Assembly (NCBI GenBank): GCA_039194325.1
Contig: JBCCWC010000002.1
Coordinates: 160,001-224,000 of the forward strand
Direction of reading: 5' to 3'
Length of the DNA: 64,000 nt
Source: Myxococcota bacterium
GTDB lineage: Bacteria > Myxococcota_A > Polyangia > Nannocystales > Nannocystaceae
In this document: positions 29,958 through 39,460 of the stretch, piece by piece
Numbering within the stretch: position 1 is the first letter of the stretch
Layout of the letters: each line of letters begins with the position of its first letter
Translations under genes and position numbers: made by a program
Notes under the pieces: generated by a model
What the model was told of the DNA's origin: nothing
What the model saw: only the letters and a program-made list of their open reading frames with translations
The model's database searches: none

Positions 29958-30410
29958 ATGAAAATCAACAAGTGGTCATTGACTCTCGCGGCCTGTCTCG
30001 GTTCGACGGTATTTGCCAGTACCGTCGACGCAGCTCTTTACGTCGAGTACTACCGCGACAACCTGTTCTTGGGCCTGGCCTACCACCGCGTGGGCTGCCT
30101 GACCGACTGGAACACCATCCAGTCCAATCAGGACTACGACGGCTTCACCAACAAGCGCTACTGCTTTAGCGGCAGCAATGCGGCTTCGGTACCGAGCGGC
30201 AGCTGGTACGACTGGAACTTCGCGACCGGCAGCGCGCAGCTCGATGCATGTGGCCTTCAGGCCAACAACGAGTACGGCACGCCCAACTACGCGTCGAGCT
30301 CCAACACCTGCAACTACAACATCTTCTTCGATTGCAACAGCGATTGCTGGATCCGCGAGTTCTCCAACTGCCAGGGCAAGAGGGTCGGCACCATCAGCCC
30401 GTGCTGGTAG
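29958..30410 (+). CDS. Small secreted Cys/Asn/Tyr-rich protein
   Basis: Signal peptide MKINKWSLTLAACLGSTVFASTVDA, a mature region with 8 Cys, and strongly C-ending codons. Confidence 0.85.
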   Translation: MKINKWSLTLAACLGSTVFASTVDAALYVEYYRDNLFLGLAYHRVGCLTDWNTIQSNQDYDGFTNKRYCFSGSNAASVPSGSWYDWNFATGSAQLDACGLQANNEYGTPNYASSSNTCNYNIFFDCNSDCWIREFSNCQGKRVGTISPCW

Positions 30411-30423
30411 TCGTGGGTTGCTC

Positions 30424-31239
30424 GTGAGCACCCGAGGCTACCTACTGCTGGCCCTGGTCCTCGGGGCTGGGGCTGTGCTCGTGTGGCTGGGCCTGCGCTC
30501 GCCCGAGTCGTCGCCGCCCGCGTCGGTCGCTCCTTCGGCGCCAAGTGCGCGTCAGGAGCTGAACCGTCCACCCGAGCCGAACGCGCCCGTGCGCCCCAGC
30601 ACCCCGCCGGTGCCGGGCCGTGACGAGCCGCCGCCGATCGACGAACCCAGCCCGCCGCCCAACGGCGTGGCGCTGCGCCTGGCCGCGTATCAGCAGGCGG
30701 TGGAACGGCAAGATCCCCGCCCGGGCGAGCAGGCCTTCCGTGCCATGGTCTCCGCCTTCATGGAGTACAACCATCGCTTTGCCGTGGCGCAGGCCGAGGC
30801 CGAGGGGATCGGCTTGGACGAGGTCGAGGAGCTGACCTACTTCGGCCTGATGGCGCAGGAGTCCCAGCGCTGGGGTGAGGTCGAGCAGCTGCTCGACGGT
30901 CCCGTCGACCCCGAGACGCGCGCCCAGGCCGCCACGTTGCTCGACGAGCTGAACACCGAGTTCAAGCAGAGCATGCGCGACCTGGTCAAGGAGGGCGTGT
31001 CGGTGGAGGATCGCTGGGCGCTGATCCGTAGCGTCCAGGAGGATTACCGCCAGCGCTACTTCGATCTGACCGGCATGGACGAGGACCAGCTCGACGATCT
31101 GCTCGCCGGCGATGCCAGTCGCGACTACGCGCCGGGCTCGACCCCGCCTCCCGAGGACATCGAGCCGCGGCAGGACGGTCCCGTGCCGATCGAGCCGCGC
31201 CAAGGCGAGCCCGTGCCCGAGCCCGAGTCGCCGCGGTGA
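30424..31239 (+). CDS. Membrane-anchored acidic helical protein
   Basis: GTG 30424, N-terminal TM, Pro-rich linker and an all-helical-looking acidic domain. Its stop overlaps the next gene (GTGA). Confidence 0.8.
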   Translation: MSTRGYLLLALVLGAGAVLVWLGLRSPESSPPASVAPSAPSARQELNRPPEPNAPVRPSTPPVPGRDEPPPIDEPSPPPNGVALRLAAYQQAVERQDPRPGEQAFRAMVSAFMEYNHRFAVAQAEAEGIGLDEVEELTYFGLMAQESQRWGEVEQLLDGPVDPETRAQAATLLDELNTEFKQSMRDLVKEGVSVEDRWALIRSVQEDYRQRYFDLTGMDEDQLDDLLAGDASRDYAPGSTPPPEDIEPRQDGPVPIEPRQGEPVPEPESPR

Positions 31240-31919
31240 GCCGCGACGGGTCGAATGCGTCGCGCCACGCGGCCCTCATGCTCGGGGCCACCGCTTTGGG
31301 GGTGGGACTCGGTGATCTACGCCTGTTGGCGGGGCTCGGGATCCTCTCGTTGTTCGGGTGGGTGTGGCAGCACCCGGCCGCGATTGGTTCCGCCGCCCAG
31401 CTGCGGGGCGCCAACGCCATCACGGCACTCCGGATCGGGCTGAGCGCCGCGCTGGCCTGGCTCGGAGCCCGCGGTCTCGTGCCGTGGGGGGGCGTGCTGG
31501 TGCTCGCCGTGTTCGCGCTCGACGGGCTCGACGGCTGGTGGGCGCGGCGCACCCGAACGGCCACGCCCTTTGGGGCGGCGTTCGACCAGGAGGCCGACGC
31601 GTTCCTGGTCACGATGACCAGTGCCGCGCTGGTGCAGGCCGAGCTCGCGCCCTCGTGGGTGCTGCTCACCGGAGCGCTGCGCTACGGCTACGTGCTGGTC
31701 GTCCATGGCCTGCGGCTGCGCGGCGAGGCCCCGCGTAGCACGATCGCCCGCTATGTCTTTGCCGTGCTCGTGCTGTGTATGTCTGCCGCCATGCTGTGGC
31801 CGAGCCCGATCACCCGCGGGGCGCTCCGGCTCGCGTCGGCGTTGTTGGTCTGGTCGTTCGGTCGCTCACTGTGGTGGTCGTGGCGGGGGCCAGCGGGCCG
31901 TGATCGCGAGCAGCCGTGA
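31236..31919 (+). CDS. CDP-alcohol phosphatidyltransferase family protein
   Basis: ANAITALR and the family motif DGLDGWWARR...GAAFDQEAD. Confidence 0.93.
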   Translation: MSRDGSNASRHAALMLGATALGVGLGDLRLLAGLGILSLFGWVWQHPAAIGSAAQLRGANAITALRIGLSAALAWLGARGLVPWGGVLVLAVFALDGLDGWWARRTRTATPFGAAFDQEADAFLVTMTSAALVQAELAPSWVLLTGALRYGYVLVVHGLRLRGEAPRSTIARYVFAVLVLCMSAAMLWPSPITRGALRLASALLVWSFGRSLWWSWRGPAGRDREQP

Positions 31920-32993
31920 GGCGACCTCGGCCCAGGGACGATGCGGTCGGTGCCTCCAGGCTCGCTGCTGTCGGGCGCGTAGCTCGGTGCGATCGCGGCC
32001 GAGCGCGACCAGGGCCTCGGCCAGGTGCGCCTCGTCGGGGGTGAGCGCTCCGCCCCAGCTCGGGTCGACGTGGGTGGCCACGTTGCCGCCGGTGCGCGCG
32101 AGGATCGGGCGCCCGCACGCCCGGGCCTCGGCCAGCGCCATGCCGAAGGACTCCATGGCAGAGGCGGACACCAGCAGATCTGCCCGCAAGAGGGCCTCGA
32201 TGCACTCGGGATAGGAGCGCGGGCCCACCAGGCGCACGCGCTCTCGTAGCGGCGCCCGCTCGCGCACCAGGTCGGCACAGCGCTGGGCGTAGTCGGGCTC
32301 GTGCTGCGTGCCCCCGATCACCACCAGCTCCAGGCGATCGTGGGGCTCGAGCCGCGCGGCCAGGCATTCGAGCAGCGGGGCGATCCCCTTGCCCTTGGTG
32401 ATGTTGGCGATGACTATGGCGTGCAGCGGGGCATCATCGGGGCGAGCTACCGAGCGGTCCACCGGTCGAGCTGCGACCGGGAGCTCGATCCCCGGCTCGA
32501 GCACGCGGATCCGGGCGGCGTCGACTCCCAGCGCGTCGAGCTCTTGGGCGAGGTACTCGCTGGGGACCAGCAGTCCTTCGGCATGCTCGAGCGCGTCCGT
32601 CTCCTCGGGCGATAGCGAGGATCGGGCGGGCGCCTCGCCATGCGTAGTCAAAACCGGAAGATAATGCACCAACAGCCCGATCCGACACGAGGGGGCCGCG
32701 AGCCGCCGTAGCTCGGGCAGGCACGACATCCACAGGCTGTCCACCCAGACCGTTCGCTCACCGGGCACCCGAACGAGCGCCCGGGCCTGTGCGGGCCCGA
32801 GCACCGGGGGATCCTCGCCCCGCGCGCGCAGGGCCTGCACCAGCTGCCGATTGAATCGGGTCCCGCCGGTCGGAGGGCCCCCAAGCGGCGGCGCGACGAA
32901 GGCGAGCCGCGAAGCCGAGCCGGTCCCGCGCGGGTCGGTCTCGCGCGGGTCGGGCTCGCCGGGGTCGAGCGTCGTCGCTTGCGGCGGGCTCAT
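31866..32993 (-). CDS. Glycosyltransferase family 4
   Basis: TGGTRFNRQL, KGKGI and ESFGMALAEA (ExxxxxxxE). ATG 32993 overlaps the RibD-like stop (ATGA). Confidence 0.9.
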   Translation of the reverse strand: MSPPQATTLDPGEPDPRETDPRGTGSASRLAFVAPPLGGPPTGGTRFNRQLVQALRARGEDPPVLGPAQARALVRVPGERTVWVDSLWMSCLPELRRLAAPSCRIGLLVHYLPVLTTHGEAPARSSLSPEETDALEHAEGLLVPSEYLAQELDALGVDAARIRVLEPGIELPVAARPVDRSVARPDDAPLHAIVIANITKGKGIAPLLECLAARLEPHDRLELVVIGGTQHEPDYAQRCADLVRERAPLRERVRLVGPRSYPECIEALLRADLLVSASAMESFGMALAEARACGRPILARTGGNVATHVDPSWGGALTPDEAHLAEALVALGRDRTELRARQQRAWRHRPHRPWAEVASRLLAITARWPPPRPPQ

Positions 32994-33928
32994 GCCGGGT
33001 TGCTCAGCCGGCAGTCGAAGAGCACGTCGCGTCCCATCGAAAAGGTGCGGGCGTCGAAGGTCTTGGCTCCGTCGAGGTCGAGCACCTCGGGGAGAGTGAA
33101 CGCGGGGCGCCCCGAGCCGATGATGATCGGGGACACCGAGACCTGGAGGCGATCGAGCAGCCCGGCCTCGAAGAAGCGTGAGACCGTGATCCCGCCCCCC
33201 TCGATGAAGATCCGGCGCAGCCCACGAGTGCGCAGTGTCTTGAGGATCTCGGAGATCGGCAGCCACTGATCGTGAGCGGATCCCACGGGGATCACCTCGA
33301 CGTGATCGGCCAGCGCCGTAGAGGTGTAGCCTTCGCGTCGGAGCAGCACGGTGCGGCTCGGCCCATCGCGCACCACCCGGTGCTCCGGACCGATCCGCCC
33401 CTGGGGATCGATGACCACTCGCACCGGATCCTCACCCGGGCACAAGCGGGTGGTGAGTCGCGGATCGTCGTGCTCCACCGTGGAGGCCCCGACCATCACC
33501 GCGTCGAACAGCGCGCGCATCCGGTGGTTGTGCTGGAGATCTTCGGGCCCGCTGATGAACTGGGAGATCCCGTTGGAGGTGGCGATCCGCCCGTCGAGCG
33601 ACTGCGCGAGGTGGGCCACCACCAGCTGCGGGGCGTTGGGTCCCGTGCACAGCGGAACGTAGAGATCGAACAGCTGGGTCAGCGGGTCGACCGAGATCGC
33701 GTCGCAGGAGGCGCCGTGAGCGGGCCATGCCCAGCCGCGCTCGGCCTCGGTGGTCAGCAGCAGCCACGCGTCGTCGGGCGCGACGGCGAGCACGTCCCCG
33801 TTGTCGCCCAAGCGGATCCCGGTGTTGGTGAGCGGGGGCTTACCGTGGCGAAGGCGAGCCCGCAGCGCCGAGATCAGGGCCCATGCATTCTGCTCGTCGA
33901 GGGATCGTTGGTGATGGCTCGGTGGCAA
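32990..33928 (-). CDS. RibD C-terminal (pyrimidine reductase) family protein, no deaminase domain
   Basis: AQSLDGRIA, HRMRA..DAVMVGASTV..DDPRLT.R, IEGGG and PIIIGSG. No HAE/CxxC deaminase motifs. Confidence 0.9.
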   Translation of the reverse strand: MPPSHHQRSLDEQNAWALISALRARLRHGKPPLTNTGIRLGDNGDVLAVAPDDAWLLLTTEAERGWAWPAHGASCDAISVDPLTQLFDLYVPLCTGPNAPQLVVAHLAQSLDGRIATSNGISQFISGPEDLQHNHRMRALFDAVMVGASTVEHDDPRLTTRLCPGEDPVRVVIDPQGRIGPEHRVVRDGPSRTVLLRREGYTSTALADHVEVIPVGSAHDQWLPISEILKTLRTRGLRRIFIEGGGITVSRFFEAGLLDRLQVSVSPIIIGSGRPAFTLPEVLDLDGAKTFDARTFSMGRDVLFDCRLSNPA

Positions 33929-34015
33929 GGTTCGAGGAGCAAGGAGAAGTTCAAGGAGACGTAAGAACCGCCGATCGAACGGTTCTGCGGGCCACTCTAG
34001 CGTGAAAAGGGGCGG

Positions 34016-35902
34016 GTGACGACCGGGTTTGCACCCCGCCGGTTGGGGTGCGAACCGATGTGCGGCATGCTTCGGGCGACCATGGGTCGCTCTGCCTCGT
34101 CGTGGTTTTCCTCGCTACGCGCCTCACCCTCGCTGCGTGCGGTGGCGCCGTGGCTGGGCGTACTGGTCCTCAACACGCTCTTCGTGCTGCCGGCCGTCGC
34201 GCGGCAGCTCCCTCGGCAGCCCTTGCTGATCTTCACGCCCAGCGGGGATCTGCTGGTCCTGTTGGCGCTGTGCACGGCGGTGGCTGGCTTCCGCCACGCG
34301 GCGTGGGTGCGCCGCGGATCGGTGGCCGTGCTGCTGCTTTTGTGGCTCTACATGTGGCCCGCGATGATCGGGCAGATCATCATCCGCCAGGCCCCGCTGC
34401 TCTACGACCTGTTGTTCTTGGCCAAGCACGTGGGGATCCTGCTGATGGATCTGTGGACCTGGTCTCGCTTCGCGGCCCTCTTGGGGGCCGTGCTGGTCCT
34501 GACGCTCGCGGGCTGGCTGGGCTGGCGCCTGTTTAGCGCGGTGGTCGGCGCTCTGGCTCGCCGGCCCGCGCGGCACCTCGTGCGGGGGATCGGGGTGATG
34601 CTGATGGCGTTATTCGCACTGGCCCTGTTCCAGGATCGTCGCCATGTGGTCGGGGTTCGGGTCACCGGCCCCGTCGTGTGGACCTCGCCTGCCCTGGTCT
34701 CCAACCTCGGCAAGTCCTTCACGATGTACCAGCGGATCAAGCGGGGCATCGAGCACTCGCCCTACGCCCAGTATCGCGACAGCTACCGGCTCGATCGCAA
34801 GCCCGACGTGCACCTGTTCCTGGTGGAGAGCTACGGTCGGATCCTCTTTTCTCACCCCGACATCGCCGAGCGCTGGCGCGGGATCTTGGCGCATCACCAG
34901 CAGTGCCTGCAGGACGCGGGGTGGCACGTGGTCAGCGGTTTCAGCCGGGCGCCGGTCAGCGGGGGGGGCTCGTGGATGGCCGAGGCCACCGTGCTCACGG
35001 GCATCCGGGTGCGCTACGAGGCGGTGTTTCGCCACCTGGTCGACGACATCCAAAACACCCCCAACTTGGTGCGCTTTCTCGACTCGCAGGGCTACCAGAC
35101 CGTGCTGCTCGCGCCCAAAGATCGAGCGCGTCCTGGGCTTCCGCTCGAGAACCGCTATGACTACGACACCACGGTCTTTGCGCTCGATCTGAAGTACGAG
35201 GGGCCTCCGATCGGCTGGGGGATCATCCCCGACCAGTACAGCCTGGGCTTTGCTCACGAGTACGTGTTCAGCCGCTCGACCGAGCCCCTGTTCACCAACT
35301 TCCACATGGTCTCCTCGCACGCCCCGTGGTCGGTGGTCCCGTCGATCGTCGAAGACTGGCGCGCCTTGGGCGGGGGGGGGCTAGAGGACGCCGAGGAATT
35401 CGAGGGATCCGAGGGAGAGTCCGCGTCCGCGCGCGAGCCCGGCCCGGGGAAGTTTCGGTTCAAGGAGCTGAGCGATCGGCTGCGGCACTTCAAGCGCTTC
35501 CGGGCTCCGCGCTATGCCTACATGGGCGACGTGGACGGGCTCAAGCTCACCTCCTTTGCCCAGGCGATCGATTACGATCTGGAGATCTTGGTCCAGTATC
35601 TTGAGCAGCTCGACGGGGACAAGCTGGTCATCATCATGGGGGATCACCAGCCGCCGCTGGTCTCCGAGGCCGATGACACCTATGACGTGCCCGTGCACGT
35701 GCTCGCCCGTGATCCTGCCCTGCTCGAGGAGTTCTCCGCCGCGGGCTTTTCCGAGGGGATGGATCTCAACGACGGTCGCTTCACCACGATCTTGCACGAG
35801 GCGCTGTTCTCGATGGTCGTGCGCGGTCTGGTGCGGTGCTGCGCCGAGCCCGGCACCGAGCCTCCGGTCCTGCGTCCCAACGGGATCCACATCGGCAACT
35901 GA
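34016..35902 (+). CDS. Membrane-anchored sulfatase/LTA-synthase-fold enzyme, start uncertain
   Basis: About five N-terminal TMs, then LFLVESYG, GGGSWMAEAT, VSSHAPW and IIMGDHQP, which are alkaline-phosphatase superfamily metal motifs. Confidence 0.82.
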   Translation: MTTGFAPRRLGCEPMCGMLRATMGRSASSWFSSLRASPSLRAVAPWLGVLVLNTLFVLPAVARQLPRQPLLIFTPSGDLLVLLALCTAVAGFRHAAWVRRGSVAVLLLLWLYMWPAMIGQIIIRQAPLLYDLLFLAKHVGILLMDLWTWSRFAALLGAVLVLTLAGWLGWRLFSAVVGALARRPARHLVRGIGVMLMALFALALFQDRRHVVGVRVTGPVVWTSPALVSNLGKSFTMYQRIKRGIEHSPYAQYRDSYRLDRKPDVHLFLVESYGRILFSHPDIAERWRGILAHHQQCLQDAGWHVVSGFSRAPVSGGGSWMAEATVLTGIRVRYEAVFRHLVDDIQNTPNLVRFLDSQGYQTVLLAPKDRARPGLPLENRYDYDTTVFALDLKYEGPPIGWGIIPDQYSLGFAHEYVFSRSTEPLFTNFHMVSSHAPWSVVPSIVEDWRALGGGGLEDAEEFEGSEGESASAREPGPGKFRFKELSDRLRHFKRFRAPRYAYMGDVDGLKLTSFAQAIDYDLEILVQYLEQLDGDKLVIIMGDHQPPLVSEADDTYDVPVHVLARDPALLEEFSAAGFSEGMDLNDGRFTTILHEALFSMVVRGLVRCCAEPGTEPPVLRPNGIHIGN

Positions 35903-35951
35903 GCGTTGTATGCCGAGGCCGGCGACCGTGTATCCTGGGGCCCGGCGGGCC

Positions 35952-36848
35952 ATGCAATCGTTCGATCCAGCGCAGGTGCGGCGCTACTACGACCGCCATA
36001 CCGCTCGGTTCGTCGCGCTGGGGCAGGGGGGCAATCTCGGGGCGATCCACCGCGCCGTGTGGGGCCCCGGGGCGCGGGATCGGGCCGCCGCGTTTCGCTG
36101 GGTGGAGGATCGGCTCGCCGAGCATGTTCACCGGCTCGGCGAGCCCGGGCCGCAGCCCGACGCCAAGCCCAACGTGAAACCCGACGCGAAGCCGGAGTCA
36201 GCGCCCTGGCACGTGCTCGACCTCGGATGTGGGATCGGCGCGAGCCTCTCGTATCTCGCCGAGCGCTTGCCGATCCGGGGGACCGGCATCACCCTCAGCC
36301 CCGTTCAGGCCCGGTTGGCGGCCCAGCGGATCGATCAGGCCGGTCTCGGCGATCGAGTGCGCTGTATCGAGGGCGACTACTGCGAGCTCCCCGACGATCT
36401 CGGGCCCGTCGATCTGGCCTATGCGATCGAGTCGTTCCTCCACGGGCCTGATCCTCGGCGTTTCTTCGCCCAGTGTGCCCGCGTCGTCCGTCCTGGGGGG
36501 GTGCTCGTGTTGTGCGACGACTTTCGGCGTAGCACTGCCGAGCCGGCGGCCGCCCGATCGATCGACCGCTTCGTTAGGGGCTGGCACGTGGGCACCTTGC
36601 TCGACCGCCAGCAAGTGCGGGCGATCGCCCAGCAGGCTGGCTTCGAGCACGAGTCGACCACCGATCTGACTCCCTACCTCGAGCTGGGCCGGCCTCGCGA
36701 TCACGCCATTGCCGTCATGGTCGCGCTGGTCGGCTGGCTGCCGCCCGTGGCGCGTCGCTACGACGATCTCATTGGTGGCAGTGCCTTGCAACGATGTCTC
36801 ACTCGCGGGTGGGTCGGGTACGATCTCGCGTGCTTTCGGCGGGTCTAA
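35952..36848 (+). CDS. Class I SAM-dependent methyltransferase
   Basis: VRRYYD, IHRAVW, VLDLGCGIG, GITLSPVQ, AYAIESFLH and VVRPGG; resembles the sterol/tocopherol methyltransferase pattern. Confidence 0.9.
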   Translation: MQSFDPAQVRRYYDRHTARFVALGQGGNLGAIHRAVWGPGARDRAAAFRWVEDRLAEHVHRLGEPGPQPDAKPNVKPDAKPESAPWHVLDLGCGIGASLSYLAERLPIRGTGITLSPVQARLAAQRIDQAGLGDRVRCIEGDYCELPDDLGPVDLAYAIESFLHGPDPRRFFAQCARVVRPGGVLVLCDDFRRSTAEPAAARSIDRFVRGWHVGTLLDRQQVRAIAQQAGFEHESTTDLTPYLELGRPRDHAIAVMVALVGWLPPVARRYDDLIGGSALQRCLTRGWVGYDLACFRRV

Positions 36849-37065
36849 GAGGGCGGTGATGGGCGGGATCGTGGGGGAGAGCGCGGTGGTGAATCGGTCG
36901 GGCGCTGGTCGCCATCCTCGCGCTGCGCTGAGCGGCGGGTGAACGCTCATGCGGGTCTTGCGCAATGTGCGCATGATGAAGGGTGTCTGACTCCTTCTCG
37001 CTTAGAACGATGTTATAACGGCCTTTAGACGCCTATGCATCGAGCCGCGTGCATCGTTCAAAAAA

Positions 37066-37094
37066 ATGAGCATGTTCATGATTGAACGAAGTCA
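37066..37094. promoter_or_regulatory. Putative TetR autoregulatory operator
   Basis: Near-palindrome ATGAGCATGTTCAT (37066-37079) and a weaker TTGAACGAAGTCAT lie just before the TetR ATG. Confidence 0.5.
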
Positions 37095-37097
37095 TCA

Positions 37098-37703
37098 ATG
37101 AGCACGCTCAGGGAGCGCAATCGGCAAGACAAATGGCGACGGATCCGCAAGGCCGCGGAGTCGCTCTTTGCCGAGCGGGGCTTTGCCGGCACGACCACCC
37201 GGGCCATCGCCGATCGGGCCGAGGTCGGGGTTGGCACCGTCTATCTGTATGCCAAGACCAAGGAAGATCTGCTGCTGCGGATCTTCGTCGAGTCGATCGA
37301 GGCGGCCATCGATGAGGGCTTTGCGACCTTGCCCGACGCCCCCATCGTCGATCGTCTGCTCCATGTCTACGGGTGCTTCTTTGCGTTCTACCGCCGCGAC
37401 TTGGCGCTCGCTCGCGTGCTGGTGCGCGAGATGACCCTGGGGGACGTGGATCTGCCGGCCAACGTTGAGCTGTCGATGAGCTTCAACCGCCGGGTGGCCG
37501 CGCTGCTTGGTGAGTCGGCGCTACGCGGCGAGCTCCGCCGCGATCTGCCCGCCGAGCTGGCGGCCACCAACACCTTCGCTCTTTACCTCATCTCGCTCGT
37601 CGCCTGGCTCAACGGCTTCGTCGACGAGGCGGGTCGTGACGCCATGCTCCGGGCGTCGTTGAACCTTCAGCTCGAGGGCCTCGGGCCCCGGGAGGAATCA
37701 TGA
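37098..37703 (+). CDS. TetR/AcrR family regulator
   Basis: AAESLFAERGFAGTTTRAIADRAEVGVGTVYLY helix-turn-helix. Confidence 0.95.
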   Translation: MSTLRERNRQDKWRRIRKAAESLFAERGFAGTTTRAIADRAEVGVGTVYLYAKTKEDLLLRIFVESIEAAIDEGFATLPDAPIVDRLLHVYGCFFAFYRRDLALARVLVREMTLGDVDLPANVELSMSFNRRVAALLGESALRGELRRDLPAELAATNTFALYLISLVAWLNGFVDEAGRDAMLRASLNLQLEGLGPREES

Positions 37704-38251
37704 CCACCCTGCTCGATGCTCGCGCCAAATTCTTGTCTCGGATCGACAGTCCCCCCCAAGGGGAGTCCGCTCGATGGATCCACCTCGAGCTGGGGCCGAT
37801 CCCCATGGTGATCCCCAATACCGCGTCGCGCAAGGACACCGTGCGCTTCCACGATCTGCACCACGTGCTCACCGGCTACAAAACCGACTGGGCCGGCGAG
37901 TTCGAGATCAGCGCCTGGGAGGTGGCCAGCGGCTGCGCCGACAAGTCGTTCGCCTGGATGATGAACCTGCCGGGCCTGGTCGGTGGCCTGTGCCGCTGGC
38001 CTCGCCGGACCTTCCGCGCCTTCGTGCGAGGGCTACGCAGCCGCAACCTCTATCGCGAGCGCTGGGGTGACGCCCTGCTGGCCCAGTCGGTCGAGGCCAC
38101 CCGGGCCCGCCTGGGCCTGCACCGCGACGGGCGCCACGCGACCTTCGGGGAGGCGACGCGCTTCTTGTTGTGGGCCACCCTCGCGTGGCTCTGGGTGCTC
38201 GCTCCGCTGGCGCTCGTGACCTTGGCGGTGGTGACCGTGGCGGTGGGGTGA
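37700..38251 (+). CDS. Coq4-like HDxxH membrane-associated protein
   Basis: HDLHHVLTGY...GEFEISAWE, a C-terminal TM and an ATGA overlap with the TetR gene. Confidence 0.7.
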   Translation: MTTLLDARAKFLSRIDSPPQGESARWIHLELGPIPMVIPNTASRKDTVRFHDLHHVLTGYKTDWAGEFEISAWEVASGCADKSFAWMMNLPGLVGGLCRWPRRTFRAFVRGLRSRNLYRERWGDALLAQSVEATRARLGLHRDGRHATFGEATRFLLWATLAWLWVLAPLALVTLAVVTVAVG

Positions 38252-38254
38252 TGC

Positions 38255-39460
38255 TCACCCTTCGGGCTTGGTCGTTGGATCGCCGGTCGGCTCGCAGCCC
38301 CACTGAAAGTTGTCGAGGAAGGCGTAGCTGTCGAGGATCGAGTCGCTCAGGTCGAAGATTGCGAACACCACCGTGATCGTCTCGCCGCCGGTCACCCCGG
38401 CGGTGGTGGTGAGCCACCCGGTGGCCGCGTGCTGGCGCATGCAAGTCCCTGCCAGCTGGGGCAGGTTGCCGGCGTCGTCGGCATACTCCAAAAAGCCCGC
38501 GTTGAGCGAGATCGGGTTGCCCGAGCCATCGAACGAGATATTGCCCGTCCACTTCTCCGATTCCAGCCAGCCCACGTACATGTCGTTGAACTGCGAGCCA
38601 TAGTAGTATGGATACTCGGTCGACGAGAACGCGAAATCGTAGCTGAACGACACGATGTCGGGCGGCACCTGCACCTCGAAGCGTAGCTCCACATAGTCGT
38701 TGGCCGACACGCCCTGGTCGAACTGGCTCTGGATCGTGTTGGAGCAATCACCAGTGCCGACCAAGCCCGGGTTGGTTGCGCAATCACCTCCCACGTTGTT
38801 GGATCGCAAAGGAGCGGGCAGCGAGCCGCCTGGGTCGTAGCCGCCCAGGTCGTCGTTGCAGTGGAGCGGCCCTTGGTTGCTATCGCCGAAAGGGGTGACC
38901 AGGTCGAGATCGGACACGAAGCCGCTGCCGATCACCGCATAGATCGTGCCTTCGGTGGGATCGAAGGTGTTGGTGTTGCCGAAGCTTCCGCGTACACCGC
39001 GGGCGGACACGGGACCCGAGGTCGAGGTGCTGACCTGCAGCTCGCCGGGGCAATTGAGGCCCATCGCGCGGAACGGGTCGCCCGAGCCCGCGTCGCAGGG
39101 CACGTGCTCGGGGATCGTGCACTCGCAGTTGCCCAGCTCTTCGCAGCTGGGCGGGCTCCCGGAGGTCTCCGAAGGGGCGCCCAGGTCGAACTTGGGGCCG
39201 CCCGGTGAGTCCTCCGTGTCCCCCTCATCGGTCGACCCGGCGGCGTCGTTGCCGGTGCCACCGTTGGGGTCGTCGTCGGTGTCCGAGGCGCTACCGCTCG
39301 CGGTCTCGGTCGCGGTCGCGGTCGCAGTGAGGTGGACCCCGGTGAGGCCCGAGGCGCCGGTGCCTCGACCGTCTTCTTGATCGCAGGCAACGGACGTTAG
39401 GCTCAGCCCTGCGATCCAGATCCATTGTGTCGTCGTTTGTGTCGTCGTTCGAAGCCGCAT
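38255..39460 (-). CDS. Lipoprotein with choice-of-anchor L-like domain
   Basis: SVAC lipobox, a linker, then FSYDFAFSSTEYP.YYGSQFND...FAIFDLSDSILDSYAFLD. Confidence 0.75.
   Translation of the reverse strand: MRLRTTTQTTTQWIWIAGLSLTSVACDQEDGRGTGASGLTGVHLTATATATETASGSASDTDDDPNGGTGNDAAGSTDEGDTEDSPGGPKFDLGAPSETSGSPPSCEELGNCECTIPEHVPCDAGSGDPFRAMGLNCPGELQVSTSTSGPVSARGVRGSFGNTNTFDPTEGTIYAVIGSGFVSDLDLVTPFGDSNQGPLHCNDDLGGYDPGGSLPAPLRSNNVGGDCATNPGLVGTGDCSNTIQSQFDQGVSANDYVELRFEVQVPPDIVSFSYDFAFSSTEYPYYYGSQFNDMYVGWLESEKWTGNISFDGSGNPISLNAGFLEYADDAGNLPQLAGTCMRQHAATGWLTTTAGVTGGETITVVFAIFDLSDSILDSYAFLDNFQWGCEPTGDPTTKPEG

Noticed and set aside
32990..33928. Calling this gene the housekeeping ribD
   Set aside because: It has no deaminase domain and no rib operon context, and it is coupled to a glycosyltransferase.
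36850..36990. Minus-strand ATG 36974 with an AAGGAG upstream (258-aa track ORF)
   Set aside because: Most of the ORF is antisense to the methyltransferase and has no recognisable motif.
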